Of a stretch of 27,480 bases of DNA, positions 17,995 through 25,960 are shown piece by piece; positions within the stretch are counted from its first letter, which is position 1; each line of letters begins with the position of its first letter. The stretch comes from Acidimicrobiaceae bacterium (GTDB lineage: Bacteria; Actinomycetota; Acidimicrobiia; Acidimicrobiales; Ilumatobacteraceae): contig JBEICS010000001.1 of NCBI GenBank assembly GCA_040383925.1, positions 1-27,480 of the forward strand, in the 5' to 3' direction. The notes beneath the pieces are model-generated. The model did no database searches, was not told where the DNA came from, and saw only the letters and a list, made by a program, of their open reading frames with translations. The translations under genes and the position numbers were made by a program.

Positions 17995-18332
17995 TCAGCG
18001 ATCTCGGGGTCGGAGTCGATGTCGAGCTTGTAGGTCGTTTCACTGACCCTGACCCTCGCTTATTCACCGAGAATGAGTTGGCGCTCTGCGAGGCCGCCGG
18101 GAACCCAGCGGAAAGCCGAGCAGGTCGCTGGTGCGCCAAGGAGGCCGTGGTCAAGGCGGTGGCACGTCACGTGCTGTTGAGTCCACGGGATGTTGAGATC
18201 CTTGCCGATCAGGCAGGCCGTCCGGTGGTGCACTGGCTGCGCCCACAGCTCGACCACGTCCGCTGCGACGTCTCGATCACGCACGGGGGAGAGATCGCAG
18301 CTGCGATCGCTGCCGCCTGGCAGGTGTCGTGA
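17991..18332 (+). CDS. acpS: AcpS-type 4'-phosphopantetheinyl transferase
   Basis: GVGVDVE, LFTENE, AGRWCAKEAVVKA, VSITH; 113 aa; ATGA overlap. Confidence 0.85.
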   Translation: MISDLGVGVDVELVGRFTDPDPRLFTENELALCEAAGNPAESRAGRWCAKEAVVKAVARHVLLSPRDVEILADQAGRPVVHWLRPQLDHVRCDVSITHGGEIAAAIAAAWQVS

Positions 18333-18345
18333 TACGGGGCTATAC

Positions 18346-18363
18346 GCGGCCAATGCTGGTCGC
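18346..18363 (+). terminator. Possible terminator hairpin after acpS
   Basis: GCGGCCA-ATGC-TGGTCGC, a 7-bp stem with one G-U pair, 13 nt past the stop. No U-tract. Confidence 0.3.
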
Positions 18364-18566
18364 AGGCCTCGGGTTCTATGGGTGGGGACGGTCGTCCAGC
18401 GAAGGCTCTTCTCATCTGAGTAGGGAGCTGCGACTCGAACTGTTGCGCTTCGGAGCTGAGGGCGGGATGAGGGTGCTGGTGTAGGTCCCCAGGCGCGGTA
18501 CAGGAGTTCTGCGAGCCTGTCGGTGTCTAACATCGTTACGGACCGGTGCCCCTGTCGGGCCATAAC

Positions 18567-19742
18567 TCAGGTGTCGCCCAACTCCGCCCGGTAGACCTCG
18601 AGCAACGCCGTCCAGACACGCTCGCGGGCGAACTCGGTCTGCACCCAGGCGCGTGCAGAGGAACCGAGCTCGTGCCGGAGCGATGGGTCGGCCAGCAACG
18701 ACACCAGTGCCTCGCCAAGTCCGGTCGCGTCGCCGGTGGGGACGAGTACACCGGTGACACCGTGTTGCACGGCGTCGACCGTGCCCGTCGCCGCATAGGC
18801 CACCACCGGTACGGCGCAGAGCTGCGCCTCCAGCGGCACGTTGGGCAATCCTTCGCGGAATGACGGGAAGGCGAGGACGTCGAGGGCTGCGTACACGCTG
18901 CCGACGTCCGACCTCGTCGGCAGGTGGTGCACGTCGGGGTCGGTGTCCACTGCTGCGCGGACGTCGTCGGCAAGCGGCTCGCCCTCCTCGTAGTCGCCCA
19001 CGATCAGCAGTTGGGCACCAGGCACCCGATCGCGAACTGTCGCGAATGCGGCCACCAGGTCGGTGATGCCCTTCGACCGGGTGAGTCGGCCGACGAAGCC
19101 GATGACCGGCGCGGTGGCAGGAAGCTGTAGCGCGACGCGCGCCTCGTCGCGTAGCGGTCGGTTGTCGAAGCGGGTGGTATCGATGCCGTTGCCCGATCCG
19201 GCACCGAGCACCTGCCCGCGGCCAGCAGGCAGTAGCCCGTCGAGTTCGGCGATCGATCGGGAACTGGGGCTGTTGAACACTACGGTGGTGGCGAGCCGCA
19301 TCGCTGTGCGCTCGAGGCCGCGGAGCAGGGTTCGGCTGCGGCCGCTCGCCGACTCGTAGCGCAGCCCGCGTACGACGTACACACGGTGAGGCTTCCTGCA
19401 GAGCCATGCGCCCATCATGCCGAGGAGGCCTGCCTTCGGTGTGGAGGCATTCACGATGTCGGGGCGCACCCTCCGGATAAGCCTGATCACTGCGAAGAGC
19501 CCACGCAGGTCGCGCAACGGGCTCGGATCGCGGGTGAGAGGAAGGTCGAACACCTCGACACCGGGGTCGAACCGCGTCGTCGTGGCGGGATCGTCGATGC
19601 GGGTGCCGACCACGACCCGGAAGCCGTGTTCCTGCATGAACTGCAACTGGCCCCGGAGGAAGACGCTGCTGACCTCGCTGGTGATGAGATAGAGGATCGT
19701 CGCCGAGCCGCGTTGCGGAACTGCGCCTTGCTCGTGTCGCAC
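18567..19742 (-). CDS. Glycosyltransferase family 4 (PglA/CapM-like)
   Basis: ILYLITS, ASTPKAGLLG, GSGNGID, GFVGRLTRSKG, FPSFREGLPNVPLEA (E-X7-E). Start set at GTG 19742 rather than 19907. Confidence 0.88.
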   Translation of the reverse strand: MRHEQGAVPQRGSATILYLITSEVSSVFLRGQLQFMQEHGFRVVVGTRIDDPATTTRFDPGVEVFDLPLTRDPSPLRDLRGLFAVIRLIRRVRPDIVNASTPKAGLLGMMGAWLCRKPHRVYVVRGLRYESASGRSRTLLRGLERTAMRLATTVVFNSPSSRSIAELDGLLPAGRGQVLGAGSGNGIDTTRFDNRPLRDEARVALQLPATAPVIGFVGRLTRSKGITDLVAAFATVRDRVPGAQLLIVGDYEEGEPLADDVRAAVDTDPDVHHLPTRSDVGSVYAALDVLAFPSFREGLPNVPLEAQLCAVPVVAYAATGTVDAVQHGVTGVLVPTGDATGLGEALVSLLADPSLRHELGSSARAWVQTEFARERVWTALLEVYRAELGDT

Positions 19743-19749
19743 GACGCTC

Positions 19750-19755
19750 AGGCTA
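19750..19755 (-). promoter_or_regulatory. Putative -10 element (TAGCCT) of a leaderless GT4 transcript
   Basis: Minus strand reads TAGCCT-gagcgtc-GTG: TAnnnT 7 nt before the in-frame GTG at 19742. Confidence 0.4.
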
Positions 19756-19919
19756 CCGACGGCCGAACAAGCGGCTGACGTATCGAGGGGAGATTGACGC
19801 AGGGCCTTGATCGCTCTTGTCCAAGTGAGGCTCGACCCCGTAGGTTGCCTCTGGGATGCTCGTTGTCGGACCGGCAACGAGGTAGCCAAGGCTCGCTTTC
19901 TTGGCAAGGAGTGCCATCG

Positions 19920-20981
19920 ATGACTGACTCACCCGAGGTCGCTCGCATCCTCGTCACCAGCATCGGCTCGTTGGTGGGACGAGGCATCCTCGACGTCCTG
20001 GTCGGCCGCCGACAGGGCCTGCACCTCGTCGGCGGCGATGCCGATCCTGCCTCGCCTGCGTTCGCCGAATGCGACGAGTGGGTTCATCTTCCGGCCAGCA
20101 CCGACCCCGACTTCGTGCCGGCGGTCGAGCAGGCGTGCCGTCGATTCGACGTCGAACTGGTGCTTCCCGGACGCGACCCCGATGTGTTGGCCCTGGCGGC
20201 AGCCAACGACGACCCGGCCAGCCCGGTGACGGGCCCCTTCGCACCGGCGGCACTGGTGACGGCGACACGCGACAAGTGGGAGACGGCACATCTCTGTGCG
20301 CGCCTCGGGGTTCCGTTCGCTCCGACCGTGTGCACCGACGAACCGCTTGCGGCTGAACAGGCAGCCGAGTTGGTTCACGAGTGGGGGTTCCCACTCATAG
20401 CGAAGCCTCGTCGCGGCAGCGGTTCGCTCGGTGTGCGGGTGCTGCTCGACCACGGCCACCTCGACGCGTGTCTCGCCCTCGCCGACTACATCGTGCAGCC
20501 GTTCCTCGATCCACCGAGCGCTGCGTCACTGGCGATCGAGGCATCGAAGGGCGTGCCGCTGTTCTGGGAGGTGCCCGTGATCGACACCCCGGCGGTGATG
20601 GCGGTGATCGAACCCGACGGCGAGGTGCGGGGGCCGGTGTGCTGTGCCGTGACGCAGCGTCTCGGACGGGTCGAGGATGTCCGACTCGTCACCGACGAGT
20701 CCATGACCGAGTTCGCCACCGCTGCGGTGCACCGGTTCCGCGAGGCCGGATGGCGAGGTCCGCTGAATCTTCCGCTGCGGCCAGGGCCGACGGGGTGGTA
20801 CGTCATCGAGATCAACCCTCGGTTCACGGGGAGCACGTCGAGCCGTCTCCATCTCGGCTTCGACGAGGTCGGGCTCACCATCAATGCCTGGACGGGTCGA
20901 ACCGTCGTTCCGCCGGTGACGGCACCACCCGTGTCGAGGGTGCGGCGCATCCTGCACGACTTCCCGGTCAGACCGGCCTGA
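19920..20981 (+). CDS. ATP-grasp ligase (PylC / carbamoyl-phosphate-synthase-like; resembles the type found in Neisseria PglB2)
   Basis: Pre-grasp Rossmann segment (ILVTSIGSLVG...VGGDAD), RDKWET, PLIAKPRRGSGSLGV, IVQPFL, VIEINPRF. SD AAGGAG before ATG 19920. Confidence 0.8.
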   Translation: MTDSPEVARILVTSIGSLVGRGILDVLVGRRQGLHLVGGDADPASPAFAECDEWVHLPASTDPDFVPAVEQACRRFDVELVLPGRDPDVLALAAANDDPASPVTGPFAPAALVTATRDKWETAHLCARLGVPFAPTVCTDEPLAAEQAAELVHEWGFPLIAKPRRGSGSLGVRVLLDHGHLDACLALADYIVQPFLDPPSAASLAIEASKGVPLFWEVPVIDTPAVMAVIEPDGEVRGPVCCAVTQRLGRVEDVRLVTDESMTEFATAAVHRFREAGWRGPLNLPLRPGPTGWYVIEINPRFTGSTSSRLHLGFDEVGLTINAWTGRTVVPPVTAPPVSRVRRILHDFPVRPA

Positions 20982-20997
20982 GCAGCATCGCAACGCC

Positions 20998-21585
20998 TCA
21001 GTCGACGCCGAACTCGGGCATCGTGGCATGCCCCTCGGCGGAGACGCCGTCACGTCGCACCACCGCCCGGATGGTCTTCCAGATGATCTGGAGATCGAGC
21101 CGCATGGTTCGGTGATCGACGTACCACACGTCGAGGTCGAACCGCTCGTCCCACGTGGTGGCGTTCCTGCCGTTCACCTGCGCCCAACCGGTGAGGCCGG
21201 GCCGCACCTCGTGGCGACGGGCCTGATGCGCGCTGTAGCGCGGGAGGTAGGCCATCAACAGCGGGCGAGGGCCGACCAGCGACATGTCGCCGCGCACGAT
21301 GTTCCACAGCTCGGGCAGCTCGTCGAGGCTGGTGGAACGAAGGAGACGTCCGAACGAGGTGAGTCGCTCGGCATCCGGCAGCAAGTGGCCGTCGGGGCCA
21401 GTGGCCGAGGTCATCGTGCGGAACTTGTACATCGTGAACGGCCGAGCATTCCGGCCGGGCCGCTGCTGGGTGAACAGAACCGGCCGGCCGAGTTTCAGCG
21501 CGACCAGTACTGCGAGCACGGCGATGAGCGGGCTGAGAACGACCAGCGCCACAGCGCTGGCGACGATGTCGAACAGCCGCTTCAC
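20998..21585 (-). CDS. pglC: Monotopic phosphoglycosyl transferase (PglC / Bac_transf family), initiating sugar transferase
   Basis: KRLFDIV, GRPVLFTQQRPG...MYKFRTM, SLDELP (Asp-Glu dyad), GDMSLVGPRP, RPGLTGWAQVNGRN. Confidence 0.9.
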   Translation of the reverse strand: MKRLFDIVASAVALVVLSPLIAVLAVLVALKLGRPVLFTQQRPGRNARPFTMYKFRTMTSATGPDGHLLPDAERLTSFGRLLRSTSLDELPELWNIVRGDMSLVGPRPLLMAYLPRYSAHQARRHEVRPGLTGWAQVNGRNATTWDERFDLDVWYVDHRTMRLDLQIIWKTIRAVVRRDGVSAEGHATMPEFGVD

Positions 21586-21589
21586 CAGG

Positions 21590-22723
<1,134 letters not shown>

Positions 22724-22725
22724 CG

Positions 22726-23991
22726 TCAGAGGTGCTCGACGTTGGCCGCTGCGGCGAGTCGGTGCCGGGCGTCGAACACGTAGGCTGCCTCGGCGGCGAT
22801 GCGCTGGAAGTCGATGGAGTCATGGTCGGTGAGCACGACGACCGCGTCGTACGCGGCGACATCGGAGCTGGCGAGATCGACCAGGGTGACGTGGTCGAGA
22901 CCTCGAGGTGCTGCATCGAGATACGGATCGACCGCCTCGACGACGGCACCGAGTTCACCCAGCAGTTCGGCCACGCGCACGGCAGGAGACTCGCGGGCGT
23001 CGCTGCTGTTCTTCTTGTAGGCGAGGCCGAGCAGCAAGATGCGCGAGCCGCGAACCGACTTGCACCGATCGTTCAACGCGAGGGTGAGGCGCGACACCGT
23101 GTAGTCGGGCATGTGCTCGTTCACATCGTTGGCCAGTTCGACGAAGCGGAACTGGTGCCCGAGGCTCTGCTTCACGCGCCACGACAGATAGCTCGGGTCG
23201 ATGGGCAGGCAGTGGCCGCCCACGCCGGGCCCGGGGGTGAACTTCATGAAGCCGAACGGCTTCGTGGCGGCGGCATCGATGGCATCCCACACGTCGATGT
23301 CGAGTTGCTTGGCAAAGACAGCAAGCTCGTTGACCAGAGCGATGTTCACGTGCCGGAACGTGTTCTCCAGCAACTTGGTGAGTTCGGCCTCCTTGCAGCC
23401 CTTCACCGGGACGACCCGCTCGACGATCGATCCGTAGAACGCGGCCACCGCATCGCGCGATGCCTCGTCGATACCGGCGACCACCTTGGGAGTGTTGTCG
23501 AAGTGCCACGTCGGGTTACCCGGGTCGATGCGCTCGGGCGAGTAGCCCACCTGGAAGTCGGCGCCGGCCTTCAGGCCGCTGCCCGCCTCGAGGATGGGCA
23601 CCATCAACTCTTCGGTGGTACCCGGATAGGTGGTGGACTCGAGCACCACGAGCACGCCGGGCCGGACGTACGGCGCCAGGTTCGCGGCAGCGGTCTCGAT
23701 GTACGACAGATCGGGGGCCGCCTCGCGTAGCGGTGTGGGCACCGTGATGACGGCCACGTCGAAGCCGGCAGCGGCAGCCGGGTCGGTGCTGGCGCTGTAA
23801 CGGCCGGTGGCCAGCGCAGCCTGCAGTTCCGTGTCGGACACGTCTTCCACGAACGAGTCGCCCGTCTGGAGGCGCTCGATGCGCCGTGGGTCGTTGTCGA
23901 GACCCACCACGCGGTAGCCCATCTGCACGGCGCGCATGGCGATGGGAAGGCCGACATAGCCCTGGCCGACGATCAGTACCTGACGTGTCAC
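22726..23991 (-). CDS. UDP-N-acetylhexosamine 6-dehydrogenase (WbpA/WbpO/TviB/WecC/CapL family)
   Basis: GQGYVG, ITVPTP, ESTTYPGTTEE, YSPERIDPGN, KLLENTFRHVNIALVNE, GGHCLPIDP (catalytic Cys), LGLAYK...RESP. GAGGAG precedes GTG 23991. Confidence 0.92.
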   Translation of the reverse strand: MTRQVLIVGQGYVGLPIAMRAVQMGYRVVGLDNDPRRIERLQTGDSFVEDVSDTELQAALATGRYSASTDPAAAAGFDVAVITVPTPLREAAPDLSYIETAAANLAPYVRPGVLVVLESTTYPGTTEELMVPILEAGSGLKAGADFQVGYSPERIDPGNPTWHFDNTPKVVAGIDEASRDAVAAFYGSIVERVVPVKGCKEAELTKLLENTFRHVNIALVNELAVFAKQLDIDVWDAIDAAATKPFGFMKFTPGPGVGGHCLPIDPSYLSWRVKQSLGHQFRFVELANDVNEHMPDYTVSRLTLALNDRCKSVRGSRILLLGLAYKKNSSDARESPAVRVAELLGELGAVVEAVDPYLDAAPRGLDHVTLVDLASSDVAAYDAVVVLTDHDSIDFQRIAAEAAYVFDARHRLAAAANVEHL

Positions 23992-24034
23992 TGGGGTGCT
24001 CCTCGGAACGAGAACGGGGGAGTGGTGGCGATGC

Positions 24035-25867
24035 TCATGCGCGCGTCGCGATCGTTGCGATCCAGTCCCTGGCAGCGGCGGCGTCGAAGGCGTCGACGTC
24101 GACGGTGAGGGCATCGAGATCGATGGGCGGCACCGGGGCGTGAGAGATCAGCTTGTGGAACGGGCGCTCGTCGCGTTCGTCGTCGCCGAACAGTTCCTCG
24201 TCGATCTTCTCGCCGGGTCGGAGGTGGGTGAACTCGATCTTGACCGGCTTGCCCGACTGGGTGATCATCCGCTTGGCGACATCGAGGATGCGCACGGGGG
24301 CACCCATGTCGAGGACGAGCACCTCGGCCGGCCGACCGATCGCCCCCGCCTGGATGACCAACTGCACGGCCTCGGGGATGGTCATGAAGAAGCGGGTGAC
24401 CTCGGGATGGGTGACCGTGACCGGCCCGCCCCGCGCGATCTGGTCGCGGAAGGTAGTGAGCACACTGCCGCGACTGTTCAGCACGTTGCCGAAGCGCACC
24501 GACAGGAAGGACCCGGCGGCATCGGCGGACTCGGCGCTGGTGATGCGCTCGGCTACCCGCTTCGAGTAGCCCAGCACGCTGATGGGATTGGCCGCCTTGT
24601 CGGTGCTGATGTTGACGAAGCGCTCGACCCCTACTGCCTTGGCAGCCTGGACCACGTTGAGCGTGCCCCACACGTTCGCCTTCACCGCCTCGGCTGGGTA
24701 CTGCTCGAGCATCGGCAGGTGCTTCAGTGCCGCGGCATGGAACACCACCTGGGGCCGGCGGGCGTCGAACACAGCCTGCACGCTGCGCCGGTCGCGGATG
24801 TCGCAGAGGATGACGTCGGGTGTGTCGAGCAGCGCCCGCCCGGTGATCGACAACTGCACGTCGTGCAGCGCGCTCTCGTCGCGGTCGAGCATCATCATCT
24901 CGCGGGGCCCGTAGCGCGCGATCTGGCGGCACAACTCGCTGCCGATGGAGCCACCGGCACCGGTGACCAGAACCCGTTTGCCGTTCAGGTAGGTGGCGAT
25001 GGAGGCGAGGTCGAGTTCGATCTGATGTCGGCCGAGCAGGTCGGCCTCAGTGAGGTCGCGGATGTCGCTCACCCCGGGGCCCGTCTCGAGCAGTTCGTCG
25101 ACCGGCGGCAGCACCTTCACGGCCAAGCCGGCGCGTTCGGCGTCGTCGGTGAGTTTGGCGAGCAGATCGCCGTCGATGCTCGGCACGGCCACCAACAGCG
25201 CGCTGGCGTTCAGGGCCTCGGCCGCCGACGCGATCTCGTCGCGGCCACCCACCACACGCACCCCGCCGATCGAGAGGCGCTGCTTGGACGGATCGTCGTC
25301 GAGGATGCCGACTGGGAGGTACGGGCTGGTGGGAGTGCGCAGCATCGCGTTGATCACCTGCACGCCACCATCGCCGGCCCCGAACACGATCATCCGCTGG
25401 GCATCGGCACCGGGCCGCTTGCGGCGTTCCAGCAGCAGTCGCCACACGTAGCGGCAGCCGGCCATCAGCACCAGGCCGACGAACCCGGCGAACCAGATGG
25501 TGCTCATCGGCAGCAGTCGGGGCGAGAGATAGCGGGCGTTCAGGACGGCGACCACCAGCGTGGTGATGGCCGAGGTGGCCACCAGGGCGGCCACCTCGTC
25601 GAAACTGCCGTACCGCCACCGACGTCGGTACAGCCCGATGGTGAGCCCCACCAGCACCTGGATGAGGGCGACGATGGGGATGAACTTGAGCAGGTTGTTC
25701 CGGTACTCAGTGGGCGGGTCGAACTCGAAGCGCAGGTACACCGCGGTCCATGCCGCCGCCGTCCACGCGGAGATGTCGAGGAGGACTTCGATAGGCCCGG
25801 CGAACCGGGAGAGCAGTGCCAGAGCACCTGATGAACGTTTCAGCGCACTGCCCTGGCTCTGGGACAC
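24035..25867 (-). CDS. Membrane-bound UDP-GlcNAc 4,6-dehydratase (PglF/CapD/WbpM family)
   Basis: Four N-terminal TM segments, IVFGAGDGG, VTGAGGSIGSEL, HAAALKH, STDKA, VRFGNVL, RFFMTIPEAVQLV, LRPGEKI. Confidence 0.92.
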   Translation of the reverse strand: MSQSQGSALKRSSGALALLSRFAGPIEVLLDISAWTAAAWTAVYLRFEFDPPTEYRNNLLKFIPIVALIQVLVGLTIGLYRRRWRYGSFDEVAALVATSAITTLVVAVLNARYLSPRLLPMSTIWFAGFVGLVLMAGCRYVWRLLLERRKRPGADAQRMIVFGAGDGGVQVINAMLRTPTSPYLPVGILDDDPSKQRLSIGGVRVVGGRDEIASAAEALNASALLVAVPSIDGDLLAKLTDDAERAGLAVKVLPPVDELLETGPGVSDIRDLTEADLLGRHQIELDLASIATYLNGKRVLVTGAGGSIGSELCRQIARYGPREMMMLDRDESALHDVQLSITGRALLDTPDVILCDIRDRRSVQAVFDARRPQVVFHAAALKHLPMLEQYPAEAVKANVWGTLNVVQAAKAVGVERFVNISTDKAANPISVLGYSKRVAERITSAESADAAGSFLSVRFGNVLNSRGSVLTTFRDQIARGGPVTVTHPEVTRFFMTIPEAVQLVIQAGAIGRPAEVLVLDMGAPVRILDVAKRMITQSGKPVKIEFTHLRPGEKIDEELFGDDERDERPFHKLISHAPVPPIDLDALTVDVDAFDAAAARDWIATIATRA

Positions 25868-25938
25868 GAAGGTGAAGTCCTCTCCGTCGGGGGCCCACCG
25901 TCGAGATCGGAAAGCACGGTCCGACGTCTCGTTGACAG

Positions 25939-25954
25939 GGGCGGAAGAACGCCC
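25939..25954 (-). terminator. Short hairpin between the ligase-like gene and pglF/capD
   Basis: GGGCG-N6-CGCCC inverted repeat immediately past the TAG of the ligase-like gene. Confidence 0.25.
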
Positions 25955-25960
25955 ACAATG

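Noticed and set aside
18440-18452. tRNA T-loop-like string (minus strand AGTTCGAGTC) as a tRNA or att-site remnant
   Set aside because: The flanks do not form a T-stem, and there is no acceptor stem, D-arm or nearby integrase.
19743-19919. Overlapping N-terminal extensions of GT4 (to 19907) and ATP-grasp (from 19794)
   Set aside because: Low-complexity and mutually overlapping. Better starts exist (SD before 19920, -10 before 19742), leaving a normal divergent intergenic region.
23992-24114. N-terminal extension of the nucleotide-sugar dehydrogenase overlapping pglF/capD
   Set aside because: GAGGAG SD directly precedes GTG 23991 and the Rossmann motif follows within a few codons.
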